From an uncultured Gemmatimonadales bacterium (GTDB lineage Bacteria; Gemmatimonadota; Gemmatimonadetes; Longimicrobiales; Gaopeijiaceae), in the NCBI GenBank assembly GCA_963823035.1, contig CAWGKG010000014.1, positions 576,001-640,000 of the forward strand: a DNA stretch of 64,000 bases, written 5' to 3'. Within the stretch, counting starts at the first letter, position 1. Every line of letters starts with the position of its first letter. This document shows positions 43,020-52,763 of this stretch, piece by piece. Both the position numbers and the translations under genes were made by a program. The notes under the pieces were generated by a model. The model was not told the origin of the DNA. It saw only the letters and a program-made list of their open reading frames with translations, and ran no database searches.

Positions 43020-43730
43020 TCAGCTTCGGGCCTGGACCGCCGTGGCCGCCTGACCCAGGACACGGAGCTTCGACCTCTGTTGGTTGATGAGCAGGCGAGC
43101 CAGGAGCTCGCTGTTCGGATCCCGCGCCAGCGCCCGGCGGATCTCCTCCATCGCCGCGTCGATCGTCGCGAGGGACGCGTCGAGCGCCTCGAGGGTCTCG
43201 GGAGCGATCCGGTCGCGGTTCCGCGTCACGAGATCCTCGAGCTCCATGAGCGCCGCGTCGTAGGCCACCTCGCCGGAGGCCGCCATACGCGCCGCGGAGC
43301 CGTGATCCTCCAGTGGCGGCGCGGTCGCGATGGGTGCCGCCCCCGACCCACCGGAGAGCGCCAGCCACACGGTGCCGGCCGAGAGGAGCGCCACGAGCAC
43401 GGCCGCGGCCGCGAGCTGGGACACCGTGAAGGAGAGCCGTCGCCGCCTCGGGCTCGCGCCCGGGAAGGGCGGGAAGGGGAGGACCTCCGTGTCGCGCACC
43501 GCCGCCTCGGTCGCCCCGAGCCGCGCCTCGATGCCGGCCCACGTCTGGGTCGGCGCCCCCGCCTCGGACGGAAGGGCATGCAGCGCCGCGACCAGCGCCG
43601 TCAGCCCCTCGTACTCCGACCGGCAGGCCGGGCAGGCCTCCAGATGCGCCTCCTCCCGCTCGGCCACGTCGGGTGGGACGAGCCCGTCGAGAAGGTCGTG
43701 CATCCGCTCTGCGGAAAGGTGCTCGGTCAT
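43020..43730 (-). CDS. zf-HC2 anti-sigma factor with TM helix
   Basis: HLEACPAC, QLAAAAVLVALLS, helical C-domain ALARDP. Confidence 0.85.
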   Translation of the reverse strand: MTEHLSAERMHDLLDGLVPPDVAEREEAHLEACPACRSEYEGLTALVAALHALPSEAGAPTQTWAGIEARLGATEAAVRDTEVLPFPPFPGASPRRRRLSFTVSQLAAAAVLVALLSAGTVWLALSGGSGAAPIATAPPLEDHGSAARMAASGEVAYDAALMELEDLVTRNRDRIAPETLEALDASLATIDAAMEEIRRALARDPNSELLARLLINQQRSKLRVLGQAATAVQARS

Positions 43731-44332
43731 CGGTCCAACGCCTCCTTCACCAGACCCCGGGCCCGGTGGATCTGGGCCTTCACCGTGCCCAGGCTCACCC
43801 CGGTCATCCGGGCGATCTCGTCGTACTTGTATCCCTGCACGTCCCGCAGGACGAGGACCTCCCGCGCCCTGGTCGGCAGCCCCGCGATCGCCCGCTCCAG
43901 ATCCACGCGGGTGCCCGGCATCGCCACCACCGCGGCGCGCGCGTACTGCTCCAGATCCGCTTCGGTGCGCTCGCGCGCCCGCCGACGCCCCTTCGACCTG
44001 CGATCCTGCAGGACGAGGTTCACCGTCAGCCGGTGCAGCCAGGTCGTGAACAGGCTCTCGCCCCGGAAGGAGGCCAGGCGCTGCCACGCTCGCACGTACA
44101 CGTCCTGCACCAGCTCCGACGCCTCGTCGGCGTCGGCGCACATGCGTAGGCATACCGCGTAGATCCGGTCCACCGTGCGTCGGTAGACCTGCTCGAAGGC
44201 CCGGGCGTCGCCCCGCTGGGCGCGAACGACCAGCGTCTCCACGCTCTCCGTGCCCTGCGGGTCTCCCGACGGCTCCATGCGTAGGGCTGGGGCTCCCATG
44301 TCCTCCCGATCGTGCTCGTTACGTTCGGTCAT
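43727..44332 (-). CDS. ECF sigma factor
   Basis: AFEQVY, LVQDVYVRAW, FTTWLHRL, GYKYDEIA, GTVKAQIHRAR; candidate promoter CCAAC-N18-CATCC at 44366-44339. Confidence 0.92.
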   Translation of the reverse strand: MTERNEHDREDMGAPALRMEPSGDPQGTESVETLVVRAQRGDARAFEQVYRRTVDRIYAVCLRMCADADEASELVQDVYVRAWQRLASFRGESLFTTWLHRLTVNLVLQDRRSKGRRRARERTEADLEQYARAAVVAMPGTRVDLERAIAGLPTRAREVLVLRDVQGYKYDEIARMTGVSLGTVKAQIHRARGLVKEALDR

Positions 44333-44387
44333 CGGGTTGGATGCCCGTCGGTTCGCGGATTGTTGGAGGCGGCGGTTTCCCAGCAGG

Positions 44388-44828
44388 CTACGTCTTCGGA
44401 CGGGTCGGACGGTCGCGCACGCGCACGACGAAGCGCAGTCCCGACCAGTCGGCGTCCACGGCGCAGATCTTGTTGTCGACGAAACCCATCGACAGCCCGT
44501 GGGCGCGCACGTGCGACGCCTTCAGTGCCGTCGCGAGCGGCGACGACTGCTTGGGCCAGGCGATCCACAGACCTCCGTCCGTGGCCAGCAGGGCGTCGCC
44601 GCGGGCGAATCGCCGGCGCAGCTCCGCCGGGGTGCGCACGAACGCCACTACCACGTCGAAGGGTCCGCGACCCCGCGGGCTCGCGCTCCATCGCACGCCG
44701 GACGGGAGGGGCTCGACCCGATCACGGAACCCGGCGGGGGCCCCCAACACCGCCACCCGGTGGCCGTCACGGATGCCGAGCTTCTTCGCCAGCGGCGTGC
44801 CTGAATACCCCGCGTCTTCCGGACTCAC
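44388..44828 (-). CDS. DUF3052-like protein
   Basis: AGYSGTPLAKKLGI, LWIAWPK, VDNKICAVDADWSGLRFVVR. Confidence 0.85.
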   Translation of the reverse strand: MSPEDAGYSGTPLAKKLGIRDGHRVAVLGAPAGFRDRVEPLPSGVRWSASPRGRGPFDVVVAFVRTPAELRRRFARGDALLATDGGLWIAWPKQSSPLATALKASHVRAHGLSMGFVDNKICAVDADWSGLRFVVRVRDRPTRPKT

Positions 44829-45307
44829 GGTCCTCCTCCTCCCACCTGGGCGTCCACCTCCTCCCGCGCACGCCGCACGAGCGCGTCGGCCGCATCGGCC
44901 AGCAGCCCGAGACCGCGAAGCACCTCCCGCCGATGCGCGGGGGACAAGATGGCGAGTGCGTGCGCGATGCGCTCGGGGTCGAAATCGGTGCGCGCGTCCC
45001 GAACCCGTCCCCCCGCCTCCGTGAGGCGCACGTTGGTCACCCGCCGGTCCTCGGGATCGCGGTCGCGCCGCACCCATCCCTCGAGCTCCATCCGCTTCAA
45101 CGTGAGCGACATCGTCGAGGCGGTCACCCCCAGATGGTCCGCCAACTCCCCCACCATGGCGGGGTCCTCCTCGTCGAGGTGGGCAAGGATCTCGGCGCGC
45201 CGGGCGCTCACCTGCCCGCCTCCGTCGAGCGGATCGCGGACGCTGCGCGCCCGGAAGACGGAGCGGACGCGGGCCAGCGCGTGGAGCACGAGGTCGAGGT
45301 CGGCCAT
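44825..45307 (-). CDS. MarR-family regulator
   Basis: ELADHLGVTASTMS..LKRME..GWVRR.RDPEDRR...LTEAG. Confidence 0.9.
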   Translation of the reverse strand: MADLDLVLHALARVRSVFRARSVRDPLDGGGQVSARRAEILAHLDEEDPAMVGELADHLGVTASTMSLTLKRMELEGWVRRDRDPEDRRVTNVRLTEAGGRVRDARTDFDPERIAHALAILSPAHRREVLRGLGLLADAADALVRRAREEVDAQVGGGGP

Positions 45308-45325
45308 GATGCGCAATATATTAGT

Positions 45326-45358
45326 TTGATGTGTCACATCAATATGTCATGGATGACA
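45326..45358. promoter_or_regulatory. Palindromes TTGATGTG-T-CACATCAA and TGTCAT-GG-ATGACA, probable MarR operator(s)
   Basis: Perfect inverted repeats at 45326-45342 and 45345-45358 in an AT-rich patch just upstream of the MarR start. Confidence 0.7.
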
Positions 45359-45397
45359 CACCGGTCTTCGAGTGTCCGTTGCGAAACGCTCGAGTCC

Positions 45398-48110
45398 TCA
45401 GTCGAAGCGTAGCGCCTCCTGGGGGCTCACCGCGCTCGCCCGCCGAGCGGGGATCCAGCACGCGGCGAAGGCCACCACGAGGAGCGCCCCGCTCACGACT
45501 CCGTACGTCAGAGGGTCCCTCGGCGAGATCCCGAACAGGAGGGTGGCGAGCACCTGCCCGGTGACCAGCGCCGTCAGGATGCCGACCACGAGGGCGACGA
45601 CGACGAGGGACATCCCCTGCCCCACCACGAGCTTGAGGATCGAGTCCCGCTTCGCGCCGAGCGCCATGCGGATCCCGATCTCGCGCGTGCGCTGCGCCAC
45701 CGAATAGGAGAGCACCCCGTAGATCCCCACGGCCGCGAGCGCGAGGGCTATGCCCGCGAACACCAACTGCAGGAACATGCTGAAGCGCTGGCTCGCGGTC
45801 GACTCGCGCATCGTCCGCTCCATGGTGGTCACCCGGTACACCGGGAGGTTCGGATCGAGGGTCCGCACCTCCGAGCGCACCGCGCCGACCAGGCTGAGCG
45901 GATCGACGCCGGAGCGGAGCAGCACGGTCATCGCCCGGATCGGGTTCCACGTCCTGGGACTCTGCGCGTGCAGGAGGTAGAGCTGCGCCCTCGGCGCCTG
46001 GTCGAGCGCCTCCTGGCGAACCGCGCCCACGATGCCGACGATGCGCGCGTACTCACGGTCCCCCGGCTGGCGGATCCGCTCGCCGATCGCATCGGACGGA
46101 TCGGTGAAGAAGCGTCGGGCCAGCTCCTGATCGACGACCGCCACCGCCTCCGACTCGGCGTCGTCCGTGCGGTCGAAGACCCGTCCCTGGAGGAGAGGGA
46201 TCCCCATCGCGTCGAAATAGCCCGCGGACACCACCTGGATGTCCGCGTTCATCGGCGGATCGTCCTCGCTGGTCGCCCGCTTCTCGAACTCGATGTCGTT
46301 CGGCGGCAGGCTTCCGGTGAGCGGCGCCGTGCGCACCATCCCGAGCGCGCTGACCCCCGGCAGCGCCGCCAGGCGCGGCGTGAGGTCGCGGTAGAACCCC
46401 ACCACGTCGGAGGCCTCCGGGTAGTTGGCCGACGGCAGGCTCAGGGACACCGCCAGCACCCGATCGGCGTGGAAGCCGGGATCGACGGCACGCAATCGCC
46501 AGAAGCTCTGGACGAGCAGCCCCGCCGCGATCAGGAGGACCACGGCCAGAGACGTCTGGCTGATCACCAGGAGCTGCCGGGAACGGAAGCGCCCTCGCCC
46601 GGCGGTCCCCCCTCGTCCTTCCTCGCGCAACTTCCCCTGCACGTTCATGCGCAACGTCTGCAGCGCAGGAGCGAGCCCGAAGAGCAGGCCCGAGAGAAGC
46701 GCCACTCCCGCCGAGAACGCGAGGACGGTGCCGTTCAGGCGGATGCCGTCGGTGCGCGGAAGGTCCGGCGGCGCCAGGGAGAGGAGAGCGCCGAGACCCA
46801 GGCGGGCGAGGAGCATTCCGGCCGCTCCGCCCAGCAGCGCGATGACCGAGCTCTCCGTCAGGAGCTGACGCACGATGCGCGCGCGTCCCGCGCCCATGGC
46901 TGCCCGGATCGACACCTCGCGCAGGCGTCCCTCGCCGCGCACCAGGAGGAGGTTCGCGACGTTCGCGCAGGCGATCAGGAGCACGATGCCGACCGCGCCG
47001 AGCATGACCACCAGCGAGGCGCGCACGTCGCCCACCATCTGCTCGTGGAGGGGCCGCAGGAAGGCCGGGTGTCCCTGGTGGCTCCAGTTGTGCCCCAGCG
47101 ACTCGTCCGCCTCCCACCGGTCCATGAGCGCGGACAGCTCCGTGGAGGCCTGGTCGAGCGTCACGCCGGGCTTCAGCCGCCCCAGGAGGTTCGCGAAGTG
47201 GCTCGCACGCCCCGGGGGGTTGGCCGGGATCGATGCCCACGGGGATCCACGCCTGCGTGTCGCGGTCGGGGAAGGCGAACCCCGCGGGCATCACGCCGAG
47301 CACCCGGATCGGCCTTCCGTCCAGCTCGACGGTGCCGCCGACGATCGACGGGTCGGACCCGAAGCGACGCTCCCAGAGACCGTGGCTGAGGACCACCACG
47401 TCGTCGCGGCCGTCCACGTCCTCCTCCGCACCGAACGTGCGGCCGAGCACGGGCTCGACGCCGAGCACGCGGAAGAGCGTCCACGAGCAGTAGACCACGT
47501 CCATACGCTCCGGGTTGTCGCCCCCGGTGACCGTGCGCTGCGTGCGCCCCCACAGGCCCAGCTCCTCCCACGAGCGCGACTGTGTCCGGTAGTCGTCGTA
47601 CTCCGGCCAGGAGGCCGGGAACTCCATCAGGTCCATCGTCGGGAACTGCGTCCACACCACCGTGAGCCGGTCCGGCTGCGGGTAGGGCAACGGCCGCAGC
47701 AGGACCCCGTCCACCACGCTGAACACGGCCGTGTTCGCGCCGATGCCCAGCGCGAGCGTCACCACGAGCACCACCGCGAAGCCCGGCCGCCGGGCCAGCT
47801 GCCGGAGCGCGTACTTGAGATCTTGAACGAGGTCCTCCATGATCCTCTCCCCCCTCGATTCGTCCTCAGCCCGATCCGCCGCCCATGACGATAGACGGGG
47901 ACCCACTCCCTCCGTCCGCTCGGTCCACGCCGAATGCGCGACGTCCCAGCACGCTCCGACCCAGAGCCGGAGGCGCGCCGCAAAGCCCCGGCGCGCCCTC
48001 CACATCCCTTCGAAGACGCGCACCATCTCCTCCGCGTGCCGCTCCCGGAAGGACTCCGGAAGGAGGCGTAGAAGCGCGCGGTAGACGCGGACGGCACGCG
48101 CCTGCTTCAT
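45398..48110 (-). CDS. ADOP-type duplicated ABC permease with N-terminal prefix domain; frameshift near 47215
   Basis: QDLKYALR, TLALGIGANTAVFS, IACANVANLLL, RTREIGIRMALGA, IPARRA. Confidence 0.92.
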
Positions 48111-48427
48111 CCGCCGTCCGCGGTGCCGAGCGTGGCCCGCGCCCTTCCGAGCACGGCCTCGAGCCGCCGGGTCTCCTCCTCCACCACCCGGCGCCCCTCG
48201 GGCGTCAGGTCGTAGAAGCGCCAGCGCACCTGGTCCTTCGGCACGTCGTCCGGCTCCACCTCGCGGATCCACCCTTCCGCGCCCAGGTCGTCGAGCGCCC
48301 CGTAGAGCTGCGCCGGATACAGCGTGACCGTGCCGTCGCTGTCCTCGTCGACGCGCCTGCGGATCTCCGCGCCATGGAGCGCGCCGCGCGCGAGGGCGAG
48401 GAGGATGTGGTAGCGGTAGCGTTTCAT
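48107..48427 (-). CDS. PadR-family transcriptional regulator
   Basis: HILLALA..ALHG, LYGAL..L...GWI, RFYDLTPEGR; ATGA overlap with the permease. Confidence 0.88.
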   Translation of the reverse strand: MKRYRYHILLALARGALHGAEIRRRVDEDSDGTVTLYPAQLYGALDDLGAEGWIREVEPDDVPKDQVRWRFYDLTPEGRRVVEEETRRLEAVLGRARATLGTADGG

Positions 48428-48502
48428 GGTCGACCTGTGCGTCGGGTGAGAGAGGCCGGATCGCCGCCGACTCCACCTTCGACGACACGGCCGATGCAAA
48501 AG

Positions 48503-48554
48503 TTTCATACTATGATTTCATATCATCGAACGCAACGTACGGCCTGGAAGTTGC
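48503..48554 (-). promoter_or_regulatory. ECF-type promoter GCAAC-N17-CGTT plus nested palindromes (probable PadR operator)
   Basis: GCAAC at 48554-48550, CGTT at 48532-48529; TCATA-C-TATGA at 48505-48515, ATGAT-N5-ATCAT at 48512-48526. Confidence 0.7.
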
Positions 48555-48567
48555 CCCAACCTCGCCG

Positions 48568-49340
48568 ATGCCCCCTCTGCGACCGAAGGCCCATCCGATG
48601 GTGAACTCCCACCTCCGCCACGTCGTGGAGCACCTGGAGCGCGTGCGCTCCGGCCACACCGTCACGCCCAACCCCGACGCCGTCTTCCTCGGTGGCGAAG
48701 ACGGAGAGCACTTCTGGGAGCTGGTGGGGATGCGCCTGGTGGGGTGCCCGGTGGTCGTCCTGGCGGCGCTCCGCTTCCGCCGCCACGAGCTCCCGGGCAT
48801 CGAGCACGCCCGTGAGTCGCTGGCGACGTACCTCTTCCCGCCTCCGGCGCCCCGCGACGCGGAGGACCGCGGCATGATCTCGGCCCTTCTTCCCAACGCG
48901 AGGGAGCGGATCCCCGCCTTCCTGTCCGGGCTGCGCGCCGGCCGGTCCGTGGCCCCGGTGTACCTGGACCCGTCCCACATCGAGGTGGCGTTCGACTTCC
49001 GTATGCACAACCCGTGGGCGCTGGAAGCGGTGCGGCGCGCGGTGGGTCCGCTGCGCACGTTCGTCTTCCGCACGCGCGACGGCCACCTCCTCGGGGACAA
49101 TCCCTCGCCGTGCGAGGCTCCGAGGGCTTCGTGGCGATCCAGGCCCCGGTCCAGCTCCTGGGCGCCGGGGCGATGGCGCTCCCGACGCTGATCGTGCGCC
49201 GCTCCTACCTGGGGCTGATGGTCGACGTCACGGACGAGGGTCCACGACTCGCGGCGCAGAACTGGCTCCCGTTCCTGCCTTCCACCGCGTCGCAGAAGAG
49301 CATCCTGCCCCTCCCCGGCTACCAGCCTTCAGTCACGTAG
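48568..49340 (+). CDS. Hypothetical protein; frameshift near 49110
   Basis: Coding-like GC3 pattern; two overlapping frames give a continuous ~250 aa product; no family recognised. Confidence 0.6.
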
Positions 49341-51749
49341 CGCCGCGACCGGGTGGATTCCGCTCGCCCTGTGCGCCGGAAGCCAGGTGGCCACGGTGGC
49401 GACGATGGAGAGCGCCACCACCACCCCGCCGGCCCAGGTGAGGCCGGACCGCGCCTCGAAGAGGTCGAGCGCGCCCGCGGCGCGGGTGTACATGAGCCAG
49501 GCCAAGGGTAGCCCCAGGAGCATCCCGGCCCCCGCGAGCGTGAGGCCGCTCCGGGTCACCATCCCGACCACCGAGCCGCGCCCGGCGCCCAACGCCATGC
49601 GGATCCCGATCTCGCGCTGCTGCTGCGTGACCGCGTGGGCCATCACGCCGTAGATCCCGAGGGCCGCCAGGAGGAGCGCGACCACGCCCATGACACCCAG
49701 GAACTGCGAGATCGTCCGCGGGCCGGCCAACGACTCCGCCACGAAGGCGTCCAGCGTCTGCACGTGGGCCACGGGCTGATCCGGGTCGACCGACCAGACG
49801 GCGTGGCGTACGTCGCCGGCCACGGACGTCGGATCGCCCGCCACGCGCACGGCGAAGCTCGGCGCGCGGGGTGGGTGCTGCGCGAGCGGGACGTACACGG
49901 CTTCCCCTCGGTCCCCGGCCAGCTGGATCCGCTCCTGGACGATGTCTGCCGCGACGCCGACGATGACGCGCGGCGCGTCCTCACCCGCCAGGGTGATGGC
50001 GCGCCCGAGCGGGTCCGTCCCGTCGAACTCCCTGCGCACGAACGCCTGGCTGACCACCACGACCGGCTGTCCGTCGTCGCGGTCCGTGTCCTCGATGCCG
50101 CGGCCCTGCACGATCGGGACCTCGAGCACCTGGAAGTAGCTCGGGGTCACCGCCTGCAGGCCCGCCGTCGGCTGCTCGCCCTCCTCGGGCACGGGCCGCC
50201 CCTCCACCGTGTAGCGCGTGAACGGGTTGTTCCTTCCGCGCGGCAGGCTGGACATGGCGGTCACGCCCCGCGCGCCCGGCATCGCCTCCAGGGAGGCGAT
50301 GAGCTCGTCCTCGTACGTGCGCAGGGCGTCGGAGTCGGCGTAGCGGTCCTCCGGCGCGGTGAGTTCGAACGTCAGCAGTCCCTCCTGGCGGAAGCCCGGA
50401 TCCGTGGAGGTGAGGCTGTGGAACGCCTCGATCAGGAAGCCCGCGCCGGTGAGCAGCGCCAGAGCCACCGCGAACTCCCCGACGACGAAGACGTTGCGCA
50501 TGCGCCTGCGGCGGCGGCTGGCCGTGCCGCCGCGGCTCCCCTCGCCCAGCGCCTCGCGCAGGTCGCCGCGCACGGTGTGGAACGCCGGCGCGAGCCCGAA
50601 CACCACACCGGCGAGCACGGACACCACCAGCGTCGCGGCGAGGACCTTCGGGTCCAGCCTCGGCGACATCGCCGCCGGGAGCTCCGCGGGCATCGCGTTC
50701 TGGATCCAACGGACCACGACCACGGAGAGCGCGACGCCGATGGCGCCGGCCCCCACCCCGAGCGTGACGCTCTCGGTGAGGAGCTGCCGCAGGATCCGCC
50801 CGCGGTGGGCACCGAGCGCCGTGCGCACGGCGACCTCCTTCTGACGCTCCTCCGCCCGACCGAGCAGGAGGTTCGCGACGTTCGCGCAAGCGATCAGAAG
50901 GCCGAACAGCGTCACGGCGGCCAGGATCGTCACGAGCTTCTGGTCCGTCTCACCCGGGAAGAAGTCACGGGCGCCAACGGCGCGCACCTCCATGCCGCGG
51001 GTGGCCTCGGCGTGGGCCGCGGCGCTGCGCGCCCACACGTCGTCCAACTCGCTCTGTGCCCGCTCGACGGTGGCGCCCGGGGCCAGTCGCGCGAAGGCGA
51101 TGTAGTCCCGGGAACGATGATCCTCCCGACGATCGGCGAAGTCCGTCGGGCGGAACACGTCGACGTTGGCCGGAATCATGTCGAACGACTCGGGCATCAC
51201 CCCGATCACCGTGTAGGTCGAGCCGCTCAGCGTGACCGTACGGCCGAGCACGTCTGGATCGGAGAGGAAGCGACGCGCCCAGAAGTCGTGCTCCAGGACG
51301 ACCACCCGCCCCACGCCCTCCACGCCCTCCTCGGCCCGGAAGCCCCGTCCCAGCGCGGGCTGCACGCCGAGGACGTCGAAGAGGTTCGGCGTGGACTCGA
51401 CCACGTTCACCTGCTCCGGAACGTCGACGCCCGTGAGGTTCGCGGCCTCGACGCCGTAGAGGGTGATGCCGTCGAAGGCGCCGACGCCCTCCTCGTAGTC
51501 GCGGAAGCTGCCGACCGACGGGCCGCCGAACTCCTCGAGGACCTGGCCCTGGCGCCCCTCCCGAACGAGGACGAGCCCGTCCTGGTCGTGATAGGGGAGC
51601 GGCTCGAACACGAAGCCGTTGACGAGCGCGAAGATGCTCGCGTTCGCCGCGATACCCACCGCCAACGACAGCGCTGCGACCGCGCTCACGACGGGCGTCC
51701 GCGCGAGCATGCGCAGGCCGTACCGCAGGTCCTGGAGCAACGTGGCCAT
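49329..51749 (-). CDS. ADOP-type duplicated ABC permease, no prefix domain
   Basis: MATLLQDLRYGLRML, IACANVANLLL, REIGIRMALGA; strong RBS. Confidence 0.93.
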   Translation of the reverse strand: MATLLQDLRYGLRMLARTPVVSAVAALSLAVGIAANASIFALVNGFVFEPLPYHDQDGLVLVREGRQGQVLEEFGGPSVGSFRDYEEGVGAFDGITLYGVEAANLTGVDVPEQVNVVESTPNLFDVLGVQPALGRGFRAEEGVEGVGRVVVLEHDFWARRFLSDPDVLGRTVTLSGSTYTVIGVMPESFDMIPANVDVFRPTDFADRREDHRSRDYIAFARLAPGATVERAQSELDDVWARSAAAHAEATRGMEVRAVGARDFFPGETDQKLVTILAAVTLFGLLIACANVANLLLGRAEERQKEVAVRTALGAHRGRILRQLLTESVTLGVGAGAIGVALSVVVVRWIQNAMPAELPAAMSPRLDPKVLAATLVVSVLAGVVFGLAPAFHTVRGDLREALGEGSRGGTASRRRRRMRNVFVVGEFAVALALLTGAGFLIEAFHSLTSTDPGFRQEGLLTFELTAPEDRYADSDALRTYEDELIASLEAMPGARGVTAMSSLPRGRNNPFTRYTVEGRPVPEEGEQPTAGLQAVTPSYFQVLEVPIVQGRGIEDTDRDDGQPVVVVSQAFVRREFDGTDPLGRAITLAGEDAPRVIVGVAADIVQERIQLAGDRGEAVYVPLAQHPPRAPSFAVRVAGDPTSVAGDVRHAVWSVDPDQPVAHVQTLDAFVAESLAGPRTISQFLGVMGVVALLLAALGIYGVMAHAVTQQQREIGIRMALGAGRGSVVGMVTRSGLTLAGAGMLLGLPLAWLMYTRAAGALDLFEARSGLTWAGGVVVALSIVATVATWLPAHRASGIHPVAALRD

Positions 51750-51803
51750 CCCCTCCCTCCTCTCCGACTCCCCAAGCTTCGCGTCCATCCGACGCACAGG
51801 GCG

Positions 51804-51832
51804 CCCTACGGGGCACGCTCGGGGACGGTTTC
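51804..51832 (-). promoter_or_regulatory. ECF-type promoter GAAAC-N17-CGTAGGG
   Basis: Minus strand GAAAC cgtccccgagcgtgccc CGTAGGG. Confidence 0.65.
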
Positions 51833-51948
51833 GGCGGCGGAGGCGGAGCCGGTCGATCCTTCCGGCCACGGCCCCCGGACGGCTTAGGTTAGCGACCCCC
51901 GGCGCGGGTGTGTCCGCGCCATCGCCCATCCGTGGGAAGCGGACGGAC

Positions 51949-52713
51949 ATGGACTGGATCACCCGGCCTGACGCCTGGATCGCCCTGGCGACGCTCACGG
52001 TGCTCGAGATCGTCCTCGGCATCGACAACATCGTCTTCATCTCGATCCTCGCGGACCGGGTGAAGCCGGAGCTGCGTGCACGCGCTCGCCAGACAGGGCT
52101 GCTCCTGGCGATGCTCACGCGCATCGCGCTGCTGGTGTCGATCGTCGGCATCATGAAGCTGACGCGGCCGCTCTTCACCGCGTTCGGCCTCGCGCTCTCG
52201 GGGCGGGACCTGATCCTGATGGTCGGCGGGGTCTTCCTCCTCTTCAAGTCGACGCGCGAGATCCACGACAAGCTCGAGGGGGAGAGCGGCGAGGGGGCCG
52301 AGGAGCGCGCCAGCCCCTTCGTCGCCGTGATCGTACAGATCGCGCTGCTGGACATCGTCTTCTCGCTGGACTCCGTGATCACGGCCGTGGGCGTCGCCGA
52401 CCACCTGGCGGTGATGATCATCGCCGTGGTGATCGCGGTCGGCTTCATGATGCTCGCCGCGGGAAGCGTGAGCCGCTTCGTCAACCAGCACCCGACCGTG
52501 AAGATGCTGGCGCTCTCCTTCCTCCTCCTGATCGGGATGGCGCTCATCGCCGAGGGGATGCACCAGGAGATCCCGAAGGGCTACATCTACTTCGCGATGG
52601 GCTTCTCGATCTTCGTGGAGATGCTCAACCTGAGGGTCGCGAAGGGCCGTCGGGGCCCGGTCAGGCTGCGCGGACCTCGACTCGAGGACCCGGGGAAGGA
52701 CGCGGCCCGGTAG
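51949..52713 (+). CDS. TerC-family membrane protein
   Basis: LEIVLGIDNIVFISI, LDIVFSLDSVITAVG, KMLALSFLLLIG, KGYIYFAM. Confidence 0.93.
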   Translation: MDWITRPDAWIALATLTVLEIVLGIDNIVFISILADRVKPELRARARQTGLLLAMLTRIALLVSIVGIMKLTRPLFTAFGLALSGRDLILMVGGVFLLFKSTREIHDKLEGESGEGAEERASPFVAVIVQIALLDIVFSLDSVITAVGVADHLAVMIIAVVIAVGFMMLAAGSVSRFVNQHPTVKMLALSFLLLIGMALIAEGMHQEIPKGYIYFAMGFSIFVEMLNLRVAKGRRGPVRLRGPRLEDPGKDAAR

Positions 52714-52763
52714 CGGGGCGCGGGTCACGGATCACGCGGTGTCCCTCGCGTCCGCCTGCCGCC

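Noticed and set aside
51750..52547. N-terminal 265-aa extension on the permease ORF 49329-52547
   Set aside because: It is antisense to terC; the true start with RBS is at 51749
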